A stretch of 64,000 nucleotides of DNA from Octopus bimaculoides (lineage: Eukaryota). The stretch lies in the NCBI RefSeq assembly GCF_001194135.2, contig NC_068993.1:4198106-4262105 (forward strand). The letters are read 5' to 3'. Made by a program: the position numbers and the translations under genes. Of this stretch, positions 53,211-64,000 are shown one piece after another. Numbering within the stretch: the stretch's first letter is position 1; each line of letters starts with the position of its first letter. The notes under the pieces are model-generated. The model saw only the letters and a program-made list of their open reading frames with translations. It was not told the origin of the DNA and made no database searches.

Positions 53211-53361
53211 CTTGACCATCACTACAGTCATTGCAATTGCCATCTTACCCATGCCTCCATCACCAAGTTTTTCGTCTGTTTAATGAATCTATTTCACTGT
53301 TATGCTTTTGCTTTGGGATAATACATACATACACACATGCCCATGGGCATATGGCATAGTG

Positions 53362-53560
53362 GTAATAATAATAACATCGATGAATACTTTAGGAATGAGA
53401 AACCAGATTCGAAATTTCCCCAAAACACCTGATGAATGCTGGAGGGTATATCAGCCGAAAGGTTGTGTTTAACAACAAACCAAGATGAGGACAAATATCC
53501 GTCGAATGTAAATAATGTAAATAATGTACATAATTCTTCATCTCTTGAATATAGAACTGT
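53362..53560 (+). mobile_element. Family A element, headless copy 4, with degenerate hammerhead (53423-53470)
   Basis: (AAT)n-AACATCGA...TTAGGAATGAGA...AAACAC-CTGATGA-A-TGCTG...CAGCC-GAAA-GGTT-GTGTTT. Confidence 0.8.
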
Positions 53561-55067
53561 ATTTGGTTATTATGTAAGTTTCTTAACCACACAGCTTCTA
53601 ATGCTCAGACAATTCTGCCAGCTGTCTGAATTTCCAACCAACATTTCCAAAACAAAGATTGATTACTAAAATTATATCCTAATCCATCTTAAATCAAAGA
53701 AACATGAAAATCTTGTAAATCCTGATATACGTAACTTTTGACACAAACATGAATAATAAATGAAGAATTTTGATTGAGTAACATAATAATTAAAGGATTT
53801 GTAATGATTTTGGCTAGCCCTGTGTGTGTGTGTGAATGGATGGATATATATGTGAATGTAAAGTTTGTATGTATGTATGTGTATATATGAATATAAATGT
53901 ATGTGATTGTGTTTGTGTACATATGAGCTAATGTACATATATGTGTATGTGTGTGCATGTGTATGTGTGTATTTATCTTAGTGCCTATGTATGTATATGC
54001 ATTATATGTGTTTATGTACGCATGAATGTATGTGTGCATGTTTGTTTGTGTGTGTGTGTATGTGTACGTATTTGTATTTATCTGTGTATCTATGTATATT
54101 CATCATGTGTGTTTATGTGTGTATGTACATATGTATATGTGCATTTATGTACGTGCATGTGTGTGCATGCATGCGTATGTGTGTATATTCTTATGTGCGA
54201 TACACCTTTATAGTGTGTGTATGATGCATGTATATACACATATCGATTTTTACAACCTGGTGTGTGAAGAATACATATGTATGTGTGTATAAATGTGTGT
54301 ATAAATGTGTGTGTTTGTTTCTGTTGTTATTGATATCTGTGTGTTTGTACTGAGAGAAAAAGAGAAAGAAAGAAAGAAAGAAAGAAGAATGAAAGCGAAG
54401 CAGAAAGAGAGAGAGAGAGAGAGAGAGAGAGCAGAGGGAGGGGAAAGAAATAAGGAGAGGAATCTTTTCTAATGGAAGACATTAAATAAAGAGTTAGGAT
54501 CCATGGATTAAATGCATATCTCAATCAGTCTGGATGTTCTAGAATGAACTGATGATGGCAATCTCCAATGCACATCAATGGCTTCTTCTCTGCAGTATTT
54601 CAGCACATTAGACATAGAGATGCAAACACATACACATATACATATAAATGGGTGTATTTTTGCATGAATGGGTGTATAAATATATGTGTGTGTGTGTGTG
54701 TGTATGGGTGTGTGTGTATATAAATGTATGGATGTATATATGTATCTGTGTACATGTATATATATATATATATATACATACATACATCATCATCATCATT
54801 TAACGTCTGTGTTCCATGCTAGAATGGGTGGGATTATATATATATATATGTGTGTGTGTGTATGTGTATGACTGAGTGCATATATTTTTCTCGATATGTA
54901 TGCACACACACATGCAAACACAAACACACACACAGTCAGTAAATTGAGAGAGTCATCACAGTTTTAGAATATTTTGCAGTATTCATTCTGTTTCTGAGTT
55001 TTTATTTGTCTAAGGGAAGGTTTAGAATATCAAAAACGTGCCATATTCCACGACTATGTATGTATAA

Positions 55068-55230
55068 TCATCGTCGTCGTTTAACGTCCGCCTTCCATGC
55101 TGGCATGGGTAGGACGGTTTGACAGGAGCCAGCCAGGCTCAAGCCTGCACCAGACTTCTGTAACTGTTTTAGCAGGATTTTTACGGCTGGATGCCCTTGC
55201 TAACACCAACCACCCAGCAGAGTGGACTAA
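55068..55230 (-). mobile_element. Retroposon family 3
   Basis: CGTTTAACGTCCGCCTTCCATGCTGGCATGGG...TTTTACGGCTGGATGCCCTT. Confidence 0.85.
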
Positions 55231-55318
55231 TGTATATATATATATTAAATAAAAATATATATATATATAATATGTGAGTGTATGTATATATAAATGTGTG
55301 TGTGTGTGTGTGTGTATC

Positions 55319-55349
<31 letters not shown>

Positions 55350-55725
55350 NNNNNNNNNNNNNNNNNNNNNNNNNNNNNNNNNNNNNNNNNNNNNNNNNNN
55401 NNNNNNNNNNNNNNNNNNNNNNNNNNNNNNNNNNNNNNNNNNNNNNNNNNNNNNNNNNNNNNNNNNNNNNNNNNNNNNNNNNNNNNNNNNNNNNNNNNNN
55501 NNNNNNNNNNNNNNNNNNNNNNNNNNNNNNNNNNNNNNNNNNNNNNNNNNNNNNNNNNNNNNNNNNNNNNNNNNNNNNNNNNNNNNNNNNNNNNNNNNNN
55601 NNNNNNNNNNNNNNNNNNNNNNNNNNNNNNNNNNNNNAAAATGTTAGAAAAATGTTAGAAAATCTTTTTGGTATATAAACATTGTATTTTGAGAAATAAC
55701 CGGTTTTGTGTTGTCTTTTCAAATT

Positions 55726-55788
55726 TCTCTACTTCATTGTGTCGTGTTCGTTCCAGACTGGAACGAACACGACACAATGAAGTAGAGA
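55726..55788. repeat. Perfect 63-bp palindrome (31-bp arms, 1-nt spacer)
   Basis: TCTCTACTTCATTGTGTCGTGTTCGTTCCAG-A-CTGGAACGAACACGACACAATGAAGTAGAGA. Confidence 0.95.
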
Positions 55789-55914
55789 CAAGAACGCAAA
55801 ACATCCAGACAGTTAGGTGATGCATTGTTGTTCTTTTTCAGCTGACCGCCTTTGAGGTCAGTTGCATCTGTTCTGTCTTGCCACCCAGTCAGTTAAGAAG
55901 ACGCCTGTTGTGTG

Positions 55915-56170
55915 TGTGTGTATCTTTGTGTTTGTGTTTGACCCTGATTACTGCTTGACAACTGATGTTGGTGTATTTATGTCCCTCTAAATTAGCAATG
56001 AAGTAAAAGAGATCGATAGAATAAGTACCAGACTTATAAAAAATAAAATTCATCTACAAAAAAATTCCTTCGCGAGAAGCTAATTTCATAAGAATGGTAA
56101 TTGAAGAGGTGATAATGATAGCAGTGCTCTAGCATGGCCACAGCCTTTTGGCTGAAATACATAAAAGAAT
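55915..56170 (+). mobile_element. SINE family 2, 3' half, CpG-depleted
   Basis: GCTTGACAACTGATGTTGGTG...GATAGAATAAGTACC...AGCATGGCCACAG. Confidence 0.75.
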
Positions 56171-57735
56171 AAAAGAATAGAATATATGTATACAGTGAAA
56201 TATATGAAACAGATCACCAGAAATCATCTGTATTGTTTGAACTCCATCAATGTTTAATTCACAGGCTTATACGAAACTTAAGTAACATACTGTATTTCAC
56301 AAGCGCTGTATAAAGTCTTGCAAGCACACACACACACACACACACGCACGCTTATATGTAGTGGGAGAGATGCAGATCTTCAGAGAGAGGGCAGGAGAAA
56401 TGCTTGCTGAAAACTCATCTAAATAGATGCATGCATATGTAATGACCAGCTCTCTCGCCTTAAAAGTTTCTCTCCAAAACTTCATCGCTGCTTAACTTGA
56501 TATCTCATTTCCATTATTGCTATCGCAATGGCAATACATTTGCATCAATTATCGAAATAAATGAATCTAACTTGTCTGTCTTACTTCACATCACTAAATA
56601 GAAAAATAATGCATCTATCAGAATTGGTTATTTCTTGTAGAATGATGTTTTTCTCTTGACATTCATTTCAGCTGCTGGGTATTAAGAACCCTATTGATTT
56701 TCACTAATGATAAATGCAACTTTAAAATCTCTGACCTTTCGCAATTATTTCCTTCCAAAATTTTTCCAGTTGCAATTGCACTGTTGTTTGTATTTAAAAT
56801 GGAAATGCATAAGTAAAACTGTTAACAAATCCTCCATTGTTTATGCAAATATCTATCATATATCAACGAATTTCTCTCCTTCTCTTCCAACCATTCTCTC
56901 TTTCTCTAACTATCCCATACGTGTGTGTGTATGTGCATGTGTGTATGAATATACACACATATTTAGTGAGAGAGAGAAAGTTACATATATATGTAGAAAT
57001 ATAAACACATACATATATACACACACACACACATATATATATGTATATTTGTATGTATGTGTATATCATAATCAACATTAACATTTGAAAGCCATCTTTC
57101 ATACTGACATGAGTAAGACAATGTGTATGTGTGTTTAATATATATATGTATATATATATATTATATATATATGCATGTTTGCATGTATGTATGTATGTAT
57201 GTATGTATGTTAGCATGAGGTATGAGGTATGTTTATGAATACGTTCTCACACACAGATACACAGATATATACGTATGCTTATATATTTCTATGCATGCAT
57301 ATGAAAACACACACACACATACGCATCGACTAAATCTCCTATGACTTAACATGGGATCCCTTTAACAACAATGTAGCCTTCATCCGATTAAGGTATCTTA
57401 GGCTCAATTAGCAGCTAGGGAATGACCCCTCGTTTGGGTAATTACTACTTCCAAATTTCTTCTGGCTATGAAACATGTAGCTTGGATTTTATCTAATCCA
57501 TTCCCTAATTATATATATATATATATATATNNNNNNNNNNNNNNNNNNNNNNNNNNNNNNNNNNNNNNNNNNNNNNNNNNNNNNNNNNNNNNNNNNNNNN
57601 NNNNNNNNNNNNNNNNNNNNNNNNNNNNNNNNNNNNNNNNNNNNNNNNNNNNNNNNNNNNNNNNNNNNNNNNNNNNNNNNNNNNNNNNNNNNNNNNNNNN
57701 NNNNNNNNNNNNNNNNNNNNNNNNNNNNNNNNNNN

Positions 57736-57793
<58 letters not shown>

Positions 57794-58109
57794 GTACAAA
57801 TATTCTATAATTATAAGCATAATTATAATCAGGGGTCAGGGTTATTTCAACATAGTGAACTTGGTAAAATTATTAATTATTAATTAATTAATTGACTAAT
57901 TAATAAATTAATGTTACCCTTTTATTATTATTATATATGTATATATATATCTAAGGGTTGTCTACCTCATCAACATCTCTAAATAACAACCTCTATACAA
58001 TCACAATAAAACATCCACACCTGAAATCAGTCCAGTCAACATAAACACATAGCGATCTCTATAGTCAACACTTCTAAATAGCAGTCTCTATATAGTCAAT
58101 ATCTACACA

Positions 58110-58410
58110 CCGTCATCATCGTCGCCGTCGTCATTATCATTATCATTTAATGTTGGACATTTTGATGGGAGCTGGCCAGGCTGGAGAGCTACACCAGGCT
58201 CCAATTGTCTGTTTTTGGCATGGCGTCTATGGCTAGATGCTCTTTCTACTGTCAACCACTTTACAAAGTGTATTGGATGCTTTTTACATGGTGCCAGCAC
58301 AGCAAGTGGTTTTATTTGGCACCAGCACAGATGCTTGTAATATGGTACCAGTGCCCATGCTTTTTATATGGCACCAGCATGAATGCTTTTAATGTGTCGC
58401 CAGCACATTT
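58110..58410 (-). mobile_element. Retroposon family 3 with an internal motif of about 26 bp amplified five times
   Basis: CATTTAATG...GATGCTCTTTCTACTGTCAACCAC, then GCTTTT..ATGGCACCAGCA-like units at 58280-58410. Confidence 0.7.
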
Positions 58411-60199
58411 AATTAATATCTGTCAATAATTTGTCTATATACACCGTCAACATCTATTGACAGTCAGTATCTATTATATTTTGCTGTAATTACCAGTTAT
58501 AGACTCTACATCAATGCAGTCTATATTTACAAACTCTGATATATATATATGCAATCAACTTCATTTGTATTACTACAGTAAAGATCTTTTAGCAACAGGA
58601 ATACTAAATCGTTATTCCATGTTTTGTGTCAACAATATATTATATTTCTTACGCATCTTGTTTTGTTTTGTTTTCATTTTGTCTCAGTTGCATTTGTTTT
58701 CTTTTCTGGCTAATAAATACTTATGGACAGAGGATAAAATTCCAGATTGTTTTAGCTGCAGTCCAACTACTTCCATCAGATTAAAAGCATTATACCCTCA
58801 AGCTGTCAATGTTAGGTTAAGTCAAATTCAATAAACACAAATAAAATTTCCAAATGGTTGACAGCGCCATCTATCAAAGTGGGATATAAAAATCAAAACA
58901 GCAATTCTGTTGTTGATTATTTTTCCATAGATAGAAGCTGGAAGGGAAATAGTCTACAATAGCAATCAGCTGATGTTTCTCTTTATAACATTTCTGTTTA
59001 TTCAACGATGTTTGTAATTCAAACAGTTGGGACATTGTGTGTTTGAGAAAAAAATGTGTCTATTAACAAGTGGAGAGAGAGAGGAAGACAAAGGGAGAGA
59101 GGGAGAGAGAGAGAGAGATGTTACATTAAGTTGCATTGCCTTTTAGTATTCTAAATTGTGTTGTATTCATTGGTATTGTAATATTGACTAAATCACGACT
59201 GTCCATTGAGGAAAAGAAAGAAAAATAAAGGGCAAAAGAGAGAAAGAAGTGNNNNNNNNNNNNNNNNNGGGGGGGGGGGTGAAAACTTACAAAGTTAGCT
59301 TTAGAACAAGTCATGTAACTTTACTTTAATTTCAAAATACAATTATCAACTGAAAAAGAAAATGAAAAAAATCTTTCTTATATAAAAATTAATAAAAGCT
59401 GAAAAAATTGAAATAATATATATATATATATATATAGTAATGAAGATAAATTATAAAATCTTATTTTCTTACATTTAATAAAATGTTTTAATGGTAAATA
59501 CAGTAAAAGAACTTTTCTAAGAGATTGGTAAGACATTTTAATGGAAGAATTCTTAACCAAAAATAGATCGTCACATAAGTGTCAAACTTGGAGTTGTTGC
59601 ATTGAAAATCTTAAATTGATATTGGTTCCATGTGTCAAGACTATATTTAATTGAAGAGCTAAAAGCTTGGAAGAGTTCAAGTTTAGTAAGACAATTAAAA
59701 TGGCCTTTCATTGATGGTCATATTTACACAGTTAGGAGCACCAGGTAATTTTACACATCCACAAGTATAGACAACGAGGCTGTGGATCTAAGAGAGATAG
59801 ATTCTTTTGTGCAGTTTTGTAACATTTAGTTAACAAAACAGAACTGCATTCAGTGATGAATCACAATGAAAACTTTACGATTTTATAGCAAGAAAGTTGC
59901 TCATTATAAAATTATTCTAAATTAACAAAACCTTGATTCAGCAGAAAGATACATTTCATTTGACTGAGGCTTTATTCAACTAAATTCGCTAATTACGATT
60001 CACTAATTGACACAATTGACATCTCTTCTTCAAACTGTCACATTAAATAATTGAAAACTTCGTTTATCTTCTGAAGTCTAACAGTATGTACTGAAAGACA
60101 TAAAGTGGTCAGTTAGTAGATTAGTTGGAAGAAGAGCAGACAGGTTACTTCTGTAGTAACTGTTATAGTTCTCCATTCTCTGAGAACACACACACACAT

Positions 60200-60350
60200 T
60201 GTGTGGTAAGTAGTTTGCTTACCAACCACATGGTTTCAGGTTCAGTCTCACTGCGTGGGATCTTCGGCAAGTGTCTTCTGCTATAGCCTCGAGCCGACCA
60301 AAGCCTTGTGAGTGGATTTGGTAGACGGAAACTGAAAGAAGCCCGTCGTA
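60200..60350 (+). mobile_element. SINE family 2, 5' half
   Basis: GTGTGGTAAGTAGTTTGCTTACCAACCAC...GGTAGACGGAAACTGAAAGAAGCCCGTCGTA. Confidence 0.9.
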
Positions 60351-61097
60351 TATGTGTGTATATATATATATATATTTATATAAATAAGGATAAGATAGGT
60401 ATTTAAAATATTGATCTTATCAAGTGGTCAGCATGGGAATAAAAACCATCAAAGGTAATAATTATTTAAAATTATAATACAGGGTATCAAGAGATACCAC
60501 CACGCTGAAAAAATAGCAGTCAAATCCNNNNNNNNNNNNNNNNNNNNNNNNNNNNNNNNNNNNNNNNNNNNNNNNNNNNNNNNNNNNNNNNNNNNNNNNN
60601 NNNNNNNNNNNNNNNNNNNNNNNNNNNNNNNNNNNNNNNNNNNNNNNNNNNNNNNNNNNNNNNNNNNNNNNNNNNNNNNNNNNNNNNNNNNNNNNNNNNN
60701 NNNNNNNNNNNNNNNNNNNNNNNNNNNNNNNNNNNNNNNNNNNNNNNNNNNNNNNNNNNNNNNNNNNNNNNNNNNNNNNNNNNNNNNNNNNNNNNNNNNN
60801 NNNNNNNNNNNNNNNNNNNNNNNNNNNNNNNNNNNNNNNNNNNNNNNNNNNNNNNNNNNNNNNNNNNNNNNNNNNNNNNNNNNNNNNNNNNNNNNNNNNN
60901 NNNNNNNNNNNNNNNNNNNNNNNNNNNNNNNNNNNNNNNNNNNNNNNNNNNNNNNNNNNNNNNNNNNNNNNNNNNNNNNNNNNNNNNNNNNNNNNNNNNN
61001 NNNNNNNNNNNNNNNNNNNNNNNNNNNNNNNNNNNNNNNNNNNNNNNNNNNNNNNNNNNNNNNNNNNNNNNNNNNNNNNNNNNNNNNNNNNNNNNNN

Positions 61098-61134
<37 letters not shown>

Positions 61135-61144
61135 ATGATTGCAC

Positions 61145-61345
61145 GTCTGTGTTTGTTCCCACATCATCGCTTGACAACCAATGCTGGTGTGTTTACGTTC
61201 CTGTAAAGAGAGCAATAGAATAAGTACCAGGCTTACAAAGAATAAGTCCTGGAGTTCATTTGCTTGACTAAAGGCGGTGCTCTTGCATGGCCGCAGTAAA
61301 ATTACTGAAACAAATAAAAGAATAAAAGAGTAAAAGAAAAGAATA
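61145..61345 (+). mobile_element. SINE family 2, 3' half
   Basis: CGCTTGACAACC...AGAATAAGTACCAGGCTTACAAAG...GGCGGTGCTC..GCATGGCCGCAG. Confidence 0.85.
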
Positions 61346-62204
61346 TGTATTCATGTATGTATTCACAACTACACACACACACACACACACATATAAACAT
61401 ATACATATGTATTTATATTTATGTGTACACAATTATACACACATACACATATATAAAGACATATATATATATATATATATATGTATTTATATTTATGCAT
61501 GTATGTATGCACAATTACATACACACACACATATACAGTCATACATACGTATATGCAAGTTTATGTGGGAAGAAAATATAACAATTTCTTGTCTACATCA
61601 ATATCTATGCATCCAGTGTGTTTATTTAATGTATGGCAGATATGCACCCCGTCCACTCACGGATGGTCATACGCAATTAACAAAATTCCCTAATATACAC
61701 AAATTCTCATGTTGTATTATCATTGTAAGTTTAGGGAGTAGGGAGGGGGGGATGACAACCTCATTAATTTTTAACCGAGCAATGTTTATTTTTTATTATT
61801 ATTCTGTTACAGATTTGAAATTAGAAAGAATGAACTGATATATATATATATGTGTGTATGTATATATATATACATGTATGTATGTATATACATGTATGTA
61901 TATATGTGTGTATATATGTATGTATATGCAACTGAATACGCATAGAAATGGAAACATATTTTATTTTCTCTGACCTCCCCCACCTTATTGTCATGCCATA
62001 ATTCTCACACGTCCCACCACCACCACCATCACCACCACCTCTACCAACACCTCTACCAACACCAGTGCCACCCCCAATGCTCACCGTCGTCACCACCCCC
62101 GATACCTCCACAACAACCATCACCATCCACTGTCATCACAATAACAACCATCACCATCAAATGGAACAAGTGCCATTTATGCTCCCACTACTACTAGCAG
62201 ATCA

Positions 62205-62445
62205 ATGTGTCCTGAGTTCAAATCCTGCCCAGGTCGCATTTATCTGTCCTCCTCTGGGATCAATATACCAAAGTATCAGTCAAATACTGATGTTCATATG
62301 AATGGCTGCCACCTTTCATCCTTTTGGGGATCGATAAAATAAATATCAGTCAAATACTGGGGAGGGGGGAGGTCAATATAATCGACTTGCCCCACCCACC
62401 CCAAATTTCAGGCCTTGCGCCTTTAATAGAAAGGATTCTTCTTCT
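62205..62445 (+). mobile_element. SINE family 1 fragments
   Basis: TGAGTTCAAATCC..., CTTTCATCCTTTTGGGGATCGATAA...CAGGCCTTGCGC. Confidence 0.7.
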
Positions 62446-63344
62446 TATTATTATTATTAGCAAAACTCACTTGCCCTTGCTTGGGTGCTTACACCTCCTC
62501 CTTTTATCTGAACCCTCTCATGTACTGCCACCAACCCCCACCTCCTACCCATTCACTCTGGTGGTGGGGGGTCTTTTCTGACCCCTCTCCCACCTAGACT
62601 CTCCACTCCAGTTGCCACTATCATTATCTCTACTTACTCTTCCAAGCTCTTGACTAACCCCACCAACCCCTTAAAGAAAACACATACATTCATACATACA
62701 CACACACATGCACAACACCAATCCCCTGGTTCCATTCTGACCACTTTCCCATCTGCTTACTCACTATATTAACCACTCCCCCACACCTATAAACACTCCC
62801 ATCCACACACTTCCATCCACACACACACACACACACACACTCCTTAGCACCACAAGAGCTCCATCTTGGGTCAATGTTATTTATTCATTTATAATGAATA
62901 ATTTACCAAGAAATTCAAGCTGTTTTGGCAGCTGCATCCTGTCAAACATCAATTTGTTATCCTAGCTTTGTTTTCTTCTAATTCTTCAAGTTCATTATTA
63001 TTATTATTACTATTATTATTATTATTATCATTATTTTTGTTATTATTATTATTGTTATTCATATTATATCATTGTCATTGCTATCATTATTACCAATAGT
63101 ATTATTATTATTATTATTATCATTATTATTATTATCATTATTATTGCTGTTGTTGTTGTTGTTATTAATATCTTTGTTATAAATGTTATTACCTCTTTTA
63201 TTCATGGTTTGAGAAATACATCAAGAGTTTCCTTTCTTGGAACAGGAATTAAGGACATTTTGGAGAACATGTATAGAAATGTAATCATTAAGAGAACCAT
63301 TATGGTGTTGGGAGGTAATGCCTTGTGGCATTTAGGCTGTGGAG

Positions 63345-63430
63345 AACATGTGGCGTAGTGATGAGAGCATTGCACTGACAATTGCAAGATTGCAGTTTCA
63401 ATTCCCAGTACATTGTGTTCTTGAGCGATA
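63345..63430 (+). mobile_element. Diverged tRNA-derived SINE head of another family
   Basis: TGGCGTAGTG A-box-like motif, GTTTCAATTCCC, TTGTGTTCTTGAGC..ACACTT. Confidence 0.4.
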
Positions 63431-63629
63431 CACTTCACTTCACATTGCATTCATCATCATCATCATTATCATCATCATCATTATCATCATTATTATTATC
63501 GTCTTCGTCGTTGTCATTACTATTGTCACCATCATCATCAACATTATCATTATCATCATCATCGTCATGATCATCAGCATCATTTTCATCATCATCATCA
63601 TCATCATCATTTTCGCCATCAACATCGCC

Positions 63630-63679
<50 letters not shown>

Positions 63680-63785
63680 TATCATCATGATCATCACCAT
63701 CACCATCATCATCATCATCATCATCATCATTTAACGTCTGTTTTCCACACTGGCATGGGTTGGACTGTTTTACAGACGGTTTCTG
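63430..63785 (-). mobile_element. Family 3 3' end with a tail expanded into about 300 bp of (CAT)n
   Basis: CATCATTTAACGTCTGTTTTCCACACTGGCATGGG contiguous with the tract. Confidence 0.75.
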
Positions 63786-63804
63786 TGTATGTCCTCCATC
63801 ATCA

Positions 63805-63945
63805 CTTGACGACTGGTGTTGGTTTGTTTATGTCTCCGTAACTAAGCTGGCTTAAAGAGATTAAGTACCGAGGTCGATTTCTTTCATTAAAATTCTTCAA
63901 GGTGGAGCCCCAGCATGGCCGCAGTCTAATGGCTGAAACAAATAA
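63805..63945 (+). mobile_element. SINE family 2, 3' half
   Basis: CTTGACGACTGGTGTTGGT...CCGTAACT...CCCAGCATGGCCGCAGTC. Confidence 0.7.
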
Positions 63946-64000
63946 GAGTTAGAAGGTGAAAGATAAAATACTCTAAACTCTACTACTACTGCTGCTACTG

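Larger units (their letters stand above)
4068..61097. other. 12 assembly gaps (N runs)
   Basis: 4068-4077, 15489-16037, 17199-17434, 18111-18389, 22709-23449, 37182-37517, 44324-44415, 51104-51256, 55350-55637, 57531-57735, 59252-59268, 60528-61097; 11 of 12 abut TA-rich tracts. Confidence 0.95.

Noticed and set aside
61990-62200. His/Pro/Thr-rich ORFs resembling a mucin or histidine-rich protein
   Set aside because: (CAC/CCA)n low-complexity DNA with no splice-site support.
54-63734. Most ORFs in the supplied track (IY/YI, HT/TH, CV/VC, poly-D/E/I/L/M/S, X-filled)
   Set aside because: They are translations of microsatellites or N gaps, which simply lack stop codons in some frames.

Overview
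AT-rich, microsatellite-saturated animal DNA from a gapped short-read assembly with 12 N-gaps. The repeat families look like those of an octopus, probably Octopus bimaculoides (inference from memory of repeat sequences, not a database hit). I can identify no protein-coding gene with confidence. Nearly all listed ORFs are translations of (TA)n, (CA)n, (GAT)n, (ATT)n or N tracts; a few isolated exon candidates are given at low confidence. The window holds about 30 SINE copies from three common families, two Tc1/mariner transposase relics, an RTE-LINE 3' end, a 136-bp-arm foldback element, and a Tigger-like terminus whose subterminal repeat has expanded into a 16-bp minisatellite. The strongest lead is a set of minimal type I hammerhead ribozyme motifs of the Penelope-like kind, in three distinct sequence families. 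One family is a composite of tRNA-derived Pol III head, (AAT)n and hammerhead tail. It has 4 core-containing copies plus 1 partial copy; two copies carry 5' inversions, and one sits in a local duplication whose twin preserves the empty site. This suggests a SINE mobilised by Penelope-like machinery. Other leads are an 80-nt pre-miRNA-like hairpin, a perfect 63-bp palindrome, inverted SINE pairs, and a CpG-decay pattern across SINE copies.
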